From: Lachnospiraceae bacterium | Lineage (GTDB): Bacteria; Bacillota; Clostridia; Lachnospirales; Lachnospiraceae | Direction of reading: 5' to 3' | DNA: 64,000 nt | NCBI GenBank assembly: GCA_045579665.1 | Contig: JAZNMO010000128.1 | Location: 961-64,960, forward strand | In this document: piece after piece, positions 46,737 through 57,310 of the stretch | Numbering within the stretch: position 1 is the stretch's first letter | Layout of the letters: every line of letters begins with the position of its first letter | Position numbers and translations under genes: made by a program | The notes under the pieces: generated by a model | Told to the model about the DNA's origin: nothing | Database searches by the model: none | Seen by the model: the letters and a program-made list of their open reading frames with translations, nothing else

Positions 46737-48018
46737 ATAAATTTTTAAAATGGAATTCACTTTTGCCTGTCGCATAGTCATCCACAATCTGACCGGTGCC
46801 AAACAACTTGTACTTATAGGTTACCAGTCCCTCTAAACCAACCGGACCTCTTGCGTGAATCTTGCTGGTACTGATACCAACCTCTGCACCAAATCCGTAA
46901 CGGAATCCGTCTGCAAATCTGGTGGAACAATTCTGATATACACCTGCAGAATCTACCATTCTCATAAAGTAAGCAGCCGAATCTGCGTTTTCCGTTATGA
47001 TACAGTCCGTGTGATGAGAACCATGACGATTAATATGCTTTACTGCTTCTTCGACATTCTTTACTGTTTTAGCAGATACAATCAAATCAAGATACTCTGT
47101 ATCAAAATCTTCATCTGTCGCTGCTTCACAAGAATACTTGTCAGTAATCTCCTTTGTTGCACGAAGTGTGATATTTTTCTCTGCAAATGCCTTCTGTAAT
47201 ACCGGCATCAACGCATCAACTGCATCCTCATGAATCAATAATGTCTCTACAGAATTACAAGCTGCTGTGTATTGTGTCTTTGCATCTACAATAATCGGAA
47301 CTGCCTTATTCACATCAAAATCCTTATCTACGTAAATATGACAAATACCATCAGCATGACCAAGCACAGGAATCTTTGTGTTATTCATAATATACTGAAC
47401 AAATGCATTAGAGCCTCTTGGAATCAACAAATCCACAGACTCATGACAACTCAAAAGCTCTGCAATCTCATCACGAAGCTCTGCCTGGAACAAGCAACCT
47501 TCCGGAAGTCCACACTCTGTCGCTGCCTGGTAAATAATATCAAACAACACCTTGTTCGTATATTTTGTCTCACTACCACCCTTTAAAATAGCACAGTTAC
47601 CACTCTTGATACAAAGAGATGCAATCTGAATCAATGCATCAGGTCTTGCCTCAAAGATAACACCGATAACACCAATCGGACAGGTTTCTCTTACCAATAC
47701 AAGATTGGTATCCAATTCTCTCTTTAACTGCTCCTTAAAAAGCGGGTCTTCCAAAGTCAAAAGATTCTGAATACCCTTTACGGAATCTGCAAGCTTCTGC
47801 TCGCTAAACTTCAGTCTCTTTACGACTGCAGGTGCAATCTGATTCTTCTCAGCCTCTTCCAAATCCTTAGCATTTGCTTCAAAGATAGCAGTCTGATTCT
47901 CCAATAATCGTTCTGCGATTTTTGCCAATGCGGCATTTCTTGTTTCAATTGTTGTACCAGCCATCAATGAACTGTCAAGCTTCATTTGTGCTGCTTTTTC
48001 CTGTATTGTCATAGTCAA
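46735..48018 (-). CDS. proA: gamma-glutamyl phosphate reductase
   Basis: PIGVIGVIFEARP, ACNSVETLL, STRFADGFRYGFGAEVGIST, ARGPVGL. Confidence 0.95.
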   Translation of the reverse strand: MTMTIQEKAAQMKLDSSLMAGTTIETRNAALAKIAERLLENQTAIFEANAKDLEEAEKNQIAPAVVKRLKFSEQKLADSVKGIQNLLTLEDPLFKEQLKRELDTNLVLVRETCPIGVIGVIFEARPDALIQIASLCIKSGNCAILKGGSETKYTNKVLFDIIYQAATECGLPEGCLFQAELRDEIAELLSCHESVDLLIPRGSNAFVQYIMNNTKIPVLGHADGICHIYVDKDFDVNKAVPIIVDAKTQYTAACNSVETLLIHEDAVDALMPVLQKAFAEKNITLRATKEITDKYSCEAATDEDFDTEYLDLIVSAKTVKNVEEAVKHINRHGSHHTDCIITENADSAAYFMRMVDSAGVYQNCSTRFADGFRYGFGAEVGISTSKIHARGPVGLEGLVTYKYKLFGTGQIVDDYATGKSEFHFKNL

Positions 48019-48033
48019 AACCCTTCTTCCTCA

Positions 48034-48618
48034 TTAAACTCTAAGAAAAGAATAAATAATCTCTTCTGTCACTATCTTATCCATCTTTATATCATAAGCA
48101 TCTGTCGGAATCATTTCCTCTGTAATCTGGCATGCAAAAGCAAGTGCCATCGTAGTAATCGGACGTTTATCACTCAAATAACGGTCATAAAATCCCTTTC
48201 CATAGCCAATACGATATCCATTCGTATCAAATGCCACTCCCGGAATTATTACCAGAGTATCCTCTGTCTGCCTCCACACAAAGCGCTTCTTTGGGTCAGC
48301 CTTTGGCTCTCTGATTCCCTTATATCCCTCAAAAAGCTGTGTTACAGAAACCACCTGATAAAACTCCATGGTGTTTGTCAATCCGTCTGACTTCGGGAAA
48401 TAGACCTTTTTCTTATGTAACAGTGCATCTTCGAATAAAGCACGCGTCATCACTTCATGACAGTAATCTGCATACAGCAGAATATTCTGTGCCTCTTTAT
48501 ATTCATTAGTCTGTAATACCTTCTGCACAATAGCCTCGCTTTTGCTTACCACATCATCATGTGTCATAGCATTGCGAAGCGCAAGCATCCTCTTTCTGAT
48601 TTGCTTCTTCTCTTCCAT
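48034..48618 (-). CDS. 5-formyltetrahydrofolate cyclo-ligase
   Basis: IPGVAFD..GYRIGYGKGFYDRYL. Confidence 0.9.
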   Translation of the reverse strand: MEEKKQIRKRMLALRNAMTHDDVVSKSEAIVQKVLQTNEYKEAQNILLYADYCHEVMTRALFEDALLHKKKVYFPKSDGLTNTMEFYQVVSVTQLFEGYKGIREPKADPKKRFVWRQTEDTLVIIPGVAFDTNGYRIGYGKGFYDRYLSDKRPITTMALAFACQITEEMIPTDAYDIKMDKIVTEEIIYSFLRV

Positions 48619-48637
48619 CCTTTACACCTCGAACATC

Positions 48638-48880
48638 TTATGAAGTTGGCTTCTTGCCTCCAAACTTCTCTCCAAGATTCTCCTTTGTACCATCAGGTCT
48701 GACAATCGTAATACTATCAAGCTGCCCACGCAAATTTGCTCTGAAATTTGCAACATAAGCTGCTCTAAGCTGCGCCTGTTCCGCTTTCTCTTCCTCTGTC
48801 AGCCCCTCTGCCTGAGACTTATGATATAACTCATTAATTCTAGCGATTTGTTCATCTAATGTCATTTTAAAGTCCTCCAA
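48638..48880 (-). CDS. DUF896/YnzC-family protein
   Basis: RINELYHK....LTEEEKAEQ..LR..Y. Confidence 0.85.
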   Translation of the reverse strand: MEDFKMTLDEQIARINELYHKSQAEGLTEEEKAEQAQLRAAYVANFRANLRGQLDSITIVRPDGTKENLGEKFGGKKPTS

Positions 48881-48900
48881 AAAACCAAATCATAAACCAC

Positions 48901-49755
48901 CTATTTGTGAAGCTGGTCTACAAATTCTGCCAAATCAAACTCATCATTTATATTTGCTTTAAAAATGGTTCCGTAATTTCTGCCTTCCATAATTCTATGA
49001 ATTACACGAACATCTTTGCCATTGGCAATTACCATATCGGCACCTGAATATGTAGCAATCTTGGCAGCAGTCAGCTTTGTTTCCATACCACCTGTTCCCG
49101 AATCACTACCAGTAGTTCCCTTACCCATGCGCAACAACTCTTCTGTCAAACTATCTACACGCTCAATAAACTGTGCCTGCGAATTCTTTCTAGGGTCATC
49201 TGTATACAAACCATCTATATCTGACAAAAGAATCAATAAGTCTGCCCCGGTCAAAGCCGTAACAACTGCAGAAAGTGTATCATTATCACCAATAACCTGC
49301 TCTAACTCAAAGGTAGATACCGTATCATTCTCATTAACAACCGGAATAACGCCCATCTCCAACAATTGACTGAAGGTATTCTGTGCATTCCGGCGTGACA
49401 CCTCATCTACAATTGTATTTCTAGTCATCAAAATCTGTGCTGCCTGATGATTATACTCTGAAAAAATTCTCTGATAAGTAGACATGAGTCTTGCCTGTCC
49501 AATCGCCGCACATGCCTGCTTTTCCGAAATATTAGAAGTCTTCTTTAGTCCAACAGCTCTTCTTCCACAGGCAACCGCACCTGATGTAACCAAAATAACA
49601 TCCTTCCCCTGATTACGAATATTACATAATTCGCGTACCAGAATATCCATCTTTATATAATCAAGGTCGCCCGTCTCAGGGTGCTGTAAAGATGATGAAC
49701 CTATCTTTACTACGATTCTTTGTTTTTGCTTGAGGTTCTTACGTAAATCTCCCAC
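48901..49755 (-). CDS. proB: glutamate 5-kinase (no PUA domain)
   Basis: VVKIGSSSL, VTSGAV, NENDTV, GDNDTLSA, GTGGMETK. Confidence 0.95.
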   Translation of the reverse strand: MGDLRKNLKQKQRIVVKIGSSSLQHPETGDLDYIKMDILVRELCNIRNQGKDVILVTSGAVACGRRAVGLKKTSNISEKQACAAIGQARLMSTYQRIFSEYNHQAAQILMTRNTIVDEVSRRNAQNTFSQLLEMGVIPVVNENDTVSTFELEQVIGDNDTLSAVVTALTGADLLILLSDIDGLYTDDPRKNSQAQFIERVDSLTEELLRMGKGTTGSDSGTGGMETKLTAAKIATYSGADMVIANGKDVRVIHRIMEGRNYGTIFKANINDEFDLAEFVDQLHK

Positions 49756-49848
49756 TGCTTTCCCTCCGTATATTTATTCATTTTATACATCGTTTCATAT
49801 TGTAATGCATTTTGGGCATACTGTCTAGTGTTCCCGACCTTGAATTAA

Positions 49849-51360
49849 TCAACTTTTTAACTTAAATAAATAATAATCCACCGGCGTGCCAAAATGCATG
49901 TATGTTTCCGAGGCTACAAGTTCGTAGTTATCATATATTGAATCAGGATAATTATTTCCTGTTACAACAAATTGCACAAGTCCCTCCTCAATATAACGTA
50001 TCTGCTCCATTGACATCTCCGGATAAGACATATTACACGTATGATAGAATCTGCAAGTCGGCATTATGTCTGCTACCGTATATAATCCAACATCCAAACA
50101 ACCATAATTTAGCAATGTCGGATTCTCTTCCTGTTCAATTGCTTCCTTAAACCGAAACAAAAAGAAGTCTTCCTTTTCGTAACTCATAAAATAAGTATTG
50201 CCGGAATACTGATAAGCAATACTTGTGCAACATACAATCACAATACTACACACTACTGCTTGTATCCTTCTTTTTCCTCTTACTATCTTTGCCTTGTAAA
50301 TCAACAAATCAAGCAACCATCCTATGTATGCTGCTCCAACGACAGAAAATGTCATAAGCGGAATCGAATAATATGGTAAATTCGCATCTCCGATATAAAT
50401 ACCCAAAAAAGTAAATCCGAACAAAAAACATATATTGAACTTTTCATACCATCTTGTTTTCAAAGAAAATACCATTGCCAACATACCAATTATAATAAAA
50501 ACAAAGTATGATGTATTATCCATAACCAGAAAATATAAGATTTTGGCTAACAAATATATTTTTTCAACTACTCCAGGACCGTCTGATACATTCGCATAAA
50601 GAAAAATATTATTATAAATATAGCATTCAAAATAATCCCCCAAGGCATTATTGAATCCAAAATACAACAACCACGGCACAGAAGGTATTACCATACCAGT
50701 CAAAAATATAGCACTGGTTTTTATTACATCTTTCCATTTTCCTCTTAAAACAATCGTCAGTAAATAAAAAGCTATCCACGCAAACCAAAAACCTAAAATA
50801 TTAAATTTAATTTGTAATATGATTCCTGCAAAAATACCATTCGTTAAAATGATACTTGTATTCATTAATAAATCTTTATTTTCTTTATAATGTTTTACAA
50901 TATGGTATAAGCTAATTGCCATAAACGGCAAACAAAATTCTTCTGCAGAACCGCCCCAATAAAAGCTCCATGACACTGTCATTGCACATGCCAAAACAGG
51001 CAACAGCACTCTTGCTACATTCTCACTGCTGTACAATCGAATTAGTTTGTACGCATAATACAGAAAAACCGAAAGCGAAACAATCTCTAAAATAAAAACT
51101 CCCAAAAAAGTGTCATGTGATATCAGCCATGCAATACCATAGATCAAAAACAAATATGGGCCTTTTTGTTCGAACAGGTCCTTATATAATACCTGCCCGT
51201 TCATCATACCTTTTCCCATTGTAAAGAAGCAATTTGCATCATTCCAATCATTACATGGATATAAAAAAGATGATCTACTGCATATTAGCAAAAATACAAA
51301 TGCAACAAAAACGCAATAAAAACAAGTCCATAAATTATATTTGCGCATAGTATCCTCCAT
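49849..51360 (-). CDS. polytopic membrane protein, GT-C-like glycosyltransferase
   Basis: DANCFFTMGK..LYKDLFEQKGP loop; many TM segments; AT-rich. Confidence 0.65.
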   Translation of the reverse strand: MEDTMRKYNLWTCFYCVFVAFVFLLICSRSSFLYPCNDWNDANCFFTMGKGMMNGQVLYKDLFEQKGPYLFLIYGIAWLISHDTFLGVFILEIVSLSVFLYYAYKLIRLYSSENVARVLLPVLACAMTVSWSFYWGGSAEEFCLPFMAISLYHIVKHYKENKDLLMNTSIILTNGIFAGIILQIKFNILGFWFAWIAFYLLTIVLRGKWKDVIKTSAIFLTGMVIPSVPWLLYFGFNNALGDYFECYIYNNIFLYANVSDGPGVVEKIYLLAKILYFLVMDNTSYFVFIIIGMLAMVFSLKTRWYEKFNICFLFGFTFLGIYIGDANLPYYSIPLMTFSVVGAAYIGWLLDLLIYKAKIVRGKRRIQAVVCSIVIVCCTSIAYQYSGNTYFMSYEKEDFFLFRFKEAIEQEENPTLLNYGCLDVGLYTVADIMPTCRFYHTCNMSYPEMSMEQIRYIEEGLVQFVVTGNNYPDSIYDNYELVASETYMHFGTPVDYYLFKLKS

Positions 51361-53012
51361 TATCCTTTTGTATCATGATATCTTCCATATTGCTTTGCAA
51401 TCTGTTCTGCCACTACCATTCCATCCATGGCAGCAGATGTAATTCCTCCCGCATAGCCTGCACCCTCTCCACAAGGATATAAGCCTCTTACTGCCGGACT
51501 TTGCAGACACTCATCTCTATGAATACGAATTGGTGAAGAGGTTCTGCTTTCTACGCCTGAAAGAATCGCATCGTCTGCCGCAAAGCCGGGAATCACTTTA
51601 TCAAAATGAGTCATCCCCTCTATAAATGCACTCTCACATGAATCAGGCAATAAGCCCCTTAAATTTGTCCATTTATAGCCGCCCTTATTACATGGACTGT
51701 TTTGGTCAACCGAACCAGTTGAGTCAACGCCCGTAACATAGTCCTTATAGTACTGTATCGGAATCATTCCGTTCCCAAGCTCATAGGCTTTTTCTTCCAG
51801 CCTTCTTTGGAACTCCATACCTGCAAGAGCCCCTTCGTAACCATAATCCTCAGGTGTCACCGCAACAATAATCGCACTATTTGCATTGTGACTAGCTCGG
51901 TCAGAATAACTCATGCCGTTTACAGCAAGTCTTCCCTTCTCACTAGAGGCATTCACCACATAGCCGCCGGGACACATACAGAAGGAATATACACCTCTGC
52001 CACTGCTTGTCTTAGCTGTTACCTTATAAGGTGCCGCCGGAAGCTCAGCTCCATGCTCACTTCCATACATTCTCTCATTAATCAGACTTTGTGGGTGCTC
52101 AACACGCATACCAACCGCAAATGACTTTGCTTCCATCGGCACCTCAATCTGATTCAGATACGCAAAAGTATCTCTTGCGCTATGTCCAATTGCCAAAACA
52201 ACCTGTTCTGCTTCCAGCTGATACTCTCCATTTACTTCAATACCACAAATTGCGCCGTCCCGAATCTCTAATCCGGTAACCTTACTTCCAAAATGTACCT
52301 CGCCGCCATTTTTGATAATTTCCTTACGCATATTGGCAACTACAGTTCTCAACACATCTGTTCCGATATGGGGCTTTCCGTCAAATAAAATCTCCTTAGG
52401 TGCTCCCATTTCAACAAAAATCCGTAGTACCTCTTTATTACGTCCGTATTTATCCTTTACCAATGTATTCAGCTTGCCATCCGAAAAAGTTCCGGCACCA
52501 CCTTCGCCAAACTGAACATTAGACTCTGTATTTAAAACGCCTTCCTTCCAAAAGCGCTCTACATCCTCGGTTCTTTTATCAACCTCATATCCACGTTCTA
52601 AAAGAATCGGCTGATATCCATGCTTTGCCAACATATAGCCGCAGAACAAACCTGCAGGTCCCATGCCTACTATAACAGGTCGATGTTCCAGCGTCTCACT
52701 TCCACTTTGCGGAAACTCATATGTAACAAGGTCACTCATCAAAATATTTGCATTTTTACATTTCTTCACTGTCTTTTCTTCTGAAAGAGTATTAAGACTC
52801 ACTCCAAGAGAATATACCTGGAAAATCTGAGGTTTACGTCTTGCATCAATTGAATGCTTTAGAATTTCCAAGTCCTTTATCTCAGAAACAGGAACCTTCA
52901 AAAGCTTTGCCGCCTTTGTCTTCAATGTATTCGTATCATCAAGCATATCTGCAAGCGTTTTCTTTTTTCCATTCCATATCAGTTCAGATTTTAACTGATT
53001 AATCACTATCAT
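51360..53012 (-). CDS. FAD-dependent oxidoreductase
   Basis: GMGPAGL, GEGGAGTFSDGKL, FCMCPGG, GEGAGYAGGITSAA. Confidence 0.9.
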   Translation of the reverse strand: MIVINQLKSELIWNGKKKTLADMLDDTNTLKTKAAKLLKVPVSEIKDLEILKHSIDARRKPQIFQVYSLGVSLNTLSEEKTVKKCKNANILMSDLVTYEFPQSGSETLEHRPVIVGMGPAGLFCGYMLAKHGYQPILLERGYEVDKRTEDVERFWKEGVLNTESNVQFGEGGAGTFSDGKLNTLVKDKYGRNKEVLRIFVEMGAPKEILFDGKPHIGTDVLRTVVANMRKEIIKNGGEVHFGSKVTGLEIRDGAICGIEVNGEYQLEAEQVVLAIGHSARDTFAYLNQIEVPMEAKSFAVGMRVEHPQSLINERMYGSEHGAELPAAPYKVTAKTSSGRGVYSFCMCPGGYVVNASSEKGRLAVNGMSYSDRASHNANSAIIVAVTPEDYGYEGALAGMEFQRRLEEKAYELGNGMIPIQYYKDYVTGVDSTGSVDQNSPCNKGGYKWTNLRGLLPDSCESAFIEGMTHFDKVIPGFAADDAILSGVESRTSSPIRIHRDECLQSPAVRGLYPCGEGAGYAGGITSAAMDGMVVAEQIAKQYGRYHDTKG

Positions 53013-53030
53013 GTATCGTTATCTACCTTT

Positions 53031-54329
53031 CTATTCTCTGGCAGCACCAAGTCCAGCACACCTTCCACTGCTCCATGCCCATTGCAAATTATAACCGCCA
53101 CAGATTCCGTCACAATCCAAAATCTCTCCTGCAAAAAACACATTCTCCTGCAACAAAGATTCCATATCATCCGAAACCTCTGACAAAGGCACACCGCCGC
53201 AACAAACCTGCGCATTTTCAAATGGATTCGTTGCACTTACTACAACCTTAAATTCCTTTAGCAAACAAAGGCACTTTTCCCATTCCTTCTTTGAAATATC
53301 TCCAAGTTTATCCGCTAACGACACCTTCCCAAAACGGCAAACCAATGCCGCTATCTTCTTATTCACAAGACCGGAAAGCATCTCTTCCAGTGTCTTATAA
53401 GCAAACCTTTCTTTTGCCTCAATAAGTTCCTGCAAAGCCTCTTCTGACAAAAATGTCATAAAATCAATACTTACTTCACAACGTTTCTTCTCATGCAAAG
53501 CTCTTGCTGCTATACGACTGAATTGAAATACAGGAATCCCTGAAATACCGTAATCCGTCAACTGCAGCTCGCCTTCTTCTTCGAAGCACTGTACTCCATC
53601 TATGTACAGGCACAGCTTTGCCTGTGCTCGAACACCTGATACCGACTTAAAATAATCTCCCTCGCAACGTAGCTGCACCAAAGCCGGCAAAGGCTTTATC
53701 AAAGAATGTCCCAACGACCTAGCCAATGCATATCCGGAGCCATCAGACCCTGCAACCGATGCAGCTTGTCCACCAGTCGCTATAATTAATGCATCATATT
53801 CCATCGATTTTCTTATAGGTTGTATCTGTTGTTTAGTAATTTCCTTTTTTCCTTTCTTTCCCTGGACTTTTTCTACCTCAGGAAGCAGAAAATACTCCAC
53901 TATTCCTCCCTGCTTAGCCGGAACAATCGCTGTCACATCCGCATTGGTAATCATACGAATCTGCATATGCTCGCAGGTCAAACGAAGCACGTCCAAAACA
54001 CTCGAAGCCTGCTCCGACACAGGATACACGCCTCCATCTCTCTTTTCCTTTGTATATAACCCAATTTCTTGGAAAAAGCTTCTGGTCGCTTTCGCATCAA
54101 AACTCTTAATACACGCCTCTATCTTCGCAATATCCTCTCCGTAATACTTACCACTGATATCGCTCATATTGGTCAAATTACATTTACCGTTTCCGGTCAT
54201 AAGAATTTTCTTCCCAACTCTATCCTTATGCTCTAATATGGTAACCGCAGCACCTTCCTTTGACGCTGTAATCGCCGCCATCATACCAGCCGCACCGCCA
54301 CCGATTATAACTACATTTTTCTTATTCAT
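53031..54329 (-). CDS. HI0933/BaiN-family flavoprotein
   Basis: GGGAAGMMAA, GKKILMTGNGKCNLTN, GGYNLQWAWSSG. Confidence 0.9.
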   Translation of the reverse strand: MNKKNVVIIGGGAAGMMAAITASKEGAAVTILEHKDRVGKKILMTGNGKCNLTNMSDISGKYYGEDIAKIEACIKSFDAKATRSFFQEIGLYTKEKRDGGVYPVSEQASSVLDVLRLTCEHMQIRMITNADVTAIVPAKQGGIVEYFLLPEVEKVQGKKGKKEITKQQIQPIRKSMEYDALIIATGGQAASVAGSDGSGYALARSLGHSLIKPLPALVQLRCEGDYFKSVSGVRAQAKLCLYIDGVQCFEEEGELQLTDYGISGIPVFQFSRIAARALHEKKRCEVSIDFMTFLSEEALQELIEAKERFAYKTLEEMLSGLVNKKIAALVCRFGKVSLADKLGDISKKEWEKCLCLLKEFKVVVSATNPFENAQVCCGGVPLSEVSDDMESLLQENVFFAGEILDCDGICGGYNLQWAWSSGRCAGLGAARE

Positions 54330-54423
54330 ACTGCGTGTTACTCCTTTCGTATTTTGTACGCTTTATCTTAGCATAGATTTGTCTTCTTTACAAACACTCA
54401 TCCGCACATTCTATTCCTTAGCT

Positions 54424-55068
54424 TTAACTGCTATAGGATTCCAAAAAGTTATATATTGCCTCTTCACTTGCCATATATTTTCCATTTACAATTTCTTCTT
54501 GGAGCTTTTGCGGAAGCTCCTCCAGCATCAGGTCTGTTTTAAAATATAATGTACTCTTATCCATCTTATACACCCAAACATAATGGTCGATTGCCATTAG
54601 ATAAAAGCCTGTTTCCACCACAGAAGTATCATACACTCTTACAATTTTTACTTTTTCACCAGAAAAGGCAACAAGAGTCTGCGAACAAAAACCTTTCTCC
54701 CTCTCCTCCAAAGTCAAAACACGACTATCCTCTTCCAATGCCGCTTCCAACTCTTCTCTATTCATATCAATATACTTTCCTGGAAGCTTTTCTTCCACCA
54801 AAGTAATTTGATTATTACTTCTATCCAGATTCTCATAAACACATATCGTATTGCAAGTAGTCAGTTCGTTGAAATTTTGCGCCTGCGAAGGTCCGATTTC
54901 TATATTTTCAGGTTGTAACTCCTGCATTTCTTCCATACTTTCCATTTCCGGCTGTATCCCCATCTGAGATTGCCCATCCATCCCCTGACGCTTCCACAAC
55001 AAAAGAAACAATACTATCGCAATCAATGTCAAAAGCAAAAACAAGCCGATTCTATATCCAAGTTTCAT
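54424..55068 (-). CDS. BofC C-terminal-domain-like membrane-anchored protein
   Basis: N-terminal TM; C-terminal LP..LQEEI..G..YNFLESYSS. Confidence 0.65.
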   Translation of the reverse strand: MKLGYRIGLFLLLTLIAIVLFLLLWKRQGMDGQSQMGIQPEMESMEEMQELQPENIEIGPSQAQNFNELTTCNTICVYENLDRSNNQITLVEEKLPGKYIDMNREELEAALEEDSRVLTLEEREKGFCSQTLVAFSGEKVKIVRVYDTSVVETGFYLMAIDHYVWVYKMDKSTLYFKTDLMLEELPQKLQEEIVNGKYMASEEAIYNFLESYSS

Positions 55069-55146
55069 AACCGGTCTCCTTATTCTAGTAAACTTACGAA
55101 CATAGTATCAGCTTATTTTTCTTATTTTATTCAATTAAATTCATCA

Positions 55147-56778
55147 TTACATGAGCTTACACTTCTTTGCAATGGTAATAAGTGTTCTGCCACCCGGCAT
55201 ACTCTTCATATCCGCCTCAGTTAATCCCTTCAAAAGAATCAATGCTACAAAGTAAACAATCACACCTACCAAAATACAAACAATAACAGAAAGTACATTT
55301 CCCATAAATTGCGTAAGCAGCTTGCTTAAGCCCAAAATCACACCACCCATAATCAATGCACTCACAAATGGTATCACAAAAGTGCGCACCCATTCCTGAT
55401 GAAAATGGATTTCTCTGCGAATCGCCAATGCATTTAAGATACACATGATTATCGCAAATACAATATTAGAATAAATAACGCCTTCAATCCCCATATCCAT
55501 CTGCAACATCAAATACAAAACAGCAACATGAATTACCAAAGCGATTGCCGAATGAATAACCGGCACATTCACCTTGTTAATTCCTTGTAATACACCATTT
55601 GTCAATGTTGACATAGACAAAAATACAACCGATATAGAACCAATCTGTAGAAAATTAACTGCTAAATCACCCTTATCAGGGAAAAGCATGTTAATAATCG
55701 GACTTGCAAGCACCGCAAGTCCCACTGCACTCGGTATGGTAATCATCATAGTAAAACGCATTGCCTGATTAATTTTCTGCTCAATATCCTTTAACTGGCT
55801 TTTCACCAATAGTCCCGTTAAAACAGGAACCACTGAAGAACACATCGCATTTGCAAGTGCTAAAGGTACATTAATTAAAATTTTATATTGGCCTGTATAC
55901 ACACCCCAATAATCATCTTTAACCTCCGCAAAACCTTTTTCAATCATTACCTGATTATAAATTCTAATATCAATAAATTCACTAATATTATATACAGTAG
56001 TACTTAATAACACTGGCACAATCGTCAATAACATAATACGAAAAACTGTGCTATAGCTTTCTGCTCTGGAATTCACATCCTTGCGTACCAAATACTTTAC
56101 CTTAGGTCGATATGCCATATAGACAAGCACCAGGAATCCAAGCCCGACAATCGCTCCGACAACCGGTCCAAGCGATGCACCAGCCGCACCATATGCCGGT
56201 GCATAATTCTCATTATGAAGAAGCGCACCTACCTTTTCGCCTCTTCCAAAGAGCACCACGGCACCCGCAAGACTAACTATCACTACAAAAATCTGCTCGA
56301 TAATCTGCGATACCGCTGTCGGCATCATGGTTCCAATACCCTGAAAATAGCCTCTGAGCACTCCCATAACAGATACAATCAATAGCGCAGGCCCTAATAC
56401 CTTAAGCGCCATCGCACTCATCGGGGTCATCACAAATCGATTGGCAATCCAGTCACCAAATATTTCTACTGCGGCAAATGCAATTCCTCCTGAGACAATC
56501 GCAAATATCATCGCACACTGAAAAGCTTTTTGTGCATTCTTGTATTGATGCTTTGATATTCTGGCAGATACCAACTTAGAAACCGCAAGTGGTAAACTGT
56601 ATGAAGATATAATCAGCATAATATTGTAAACTGCATATGCTGTTGAATAATATGAATTACCTACATTACCGATAATATTTGTCAATGGAATTCTTCTAAG
56701 AAGCCCAATCAATCTTGCGATAATACCTGCTATTGCAAGAATACTGCCTTGTAGGACTAAATTATTTTTCTTTTTCAT
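55147..56778 (-). CDS. SpoVB/MurJ-like MOP flippase
   Basis: RIPL..IIG..G..YY, RGYFQG..M.PTAVSQIIEQ; many TM helices. Confidence 0.9.
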   Translation of the reverse strand: MKKKNNLVLQGSILAIAGIIARLIGLLRRIPLTNIIGNVGNSYYSTAYAVYNIMLIISSYSLPLAVSKLVSARISKHQYKNAQKAFQCAMIFAIVSGGIAFAAVEIFGDWIANRFVMTPMSAMALKVLGPALLIVSVMGVLRGYFQGIGTMMPTAVSQIIEQIFVVIVSLAGAVVLFGRGEKVGALLHNENYAPAYGAAGASLGPVVGAIVGLGFLVLVYMAYRPKVKYLVRKDVNSRAESYSTVFRIMLLTIVPVLLSTTVYNISEFIDIRIYNQVMIEKGFAEVKDDYWGVYTGQYKILINVPLALANAMCSSVVPVLTGLLVKSQLKDIEQKINQAMRFTMMITIPSAVGLAVLASPIINMLFPDKGDLAVNFLQIGSISVVFLSMSTLTNGVLQGINKVNVPVIHSAIALVIHVAVLYLMLQMDMGIEGVIYSNIVFAIIMCILNALAIRREIHFHQEWVRTFVIPFVSALIMGGVILGLSKLLTQFMGNVLSVIVCILVGVIVYFVALILLKGLTEADMKSMPGGRTLITIAKKCKLM

Positions 56779-56812
56779 ACTCACCCTACTGTGTCTCCTT
56801 CTGCAAAATCTA

Positions 56813-57310
56813 CTATCTGGTAATGCCAAGTGCGTTCAGAATCTCCTCCTGCTTACGCTCCATTACCTTTGCTTCCTCTTCTTCCATATGGTCGTATCCA
56901 AGCAGATGAAGCATACTATGAGCCACTAAGAAAGCAAACTCTCTAAGAGGCGCATGCCCATAGCTTTCTGCCTGCTCATACACCTTATCTACAGAAACTA
57001 CGATGTCTCCAAGACAAAGCTCCCCAGTCTCCGGGTCAAAATAGTCCTCAACATAATCTTCAATACCGCTAAAATCAGCCGGAGCTTCATAATCAACATT
57101 TGGAAATGACAGTACATCAGTAGGTCTGTCAATATCTCGAAACTCCTTATTCAGCTGATGAATTCCGTCATTATCCGTAAGGGTAACCGATACCATCACC
57201 TCATAAGGACATTCCTCACTATCCAAAGCCTGATTAATCACCTTTTCAACTACCTCTTCCACATTAAACGGAAGCTCTTTTTCACACTCATTCTCTACGT
57301 AAAAAGTCAT
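56813..57310 (-). CDS. ybeY: rRNA maturation RNase YbeY
   Basis: PTDVLSFP, LGDIV, HSMLHLLGYDH. Confidence 0.95.
   Translation of the reverse strand: MTFYVENECEKELPFNVEEVVEKVINQALDSEECPYEVMVSVTLTDNDGIHQLNKEFRDIDRPTDVLSFPNVDYEAPADFSGIEDYVEDYFDPETGELCLGDIVVSVDKVYEQAESYGHAPLREFAFLVAHSMLHLLGYDHMEEEEAKVMERKQEEILNALGITR

Noticed and set aside
48572-48584. TTGCGAAGCGCAA in a host gene resembling the phage palindrome
   Set aside because: 13 bp with a different centre and spacing; a single occurrence.
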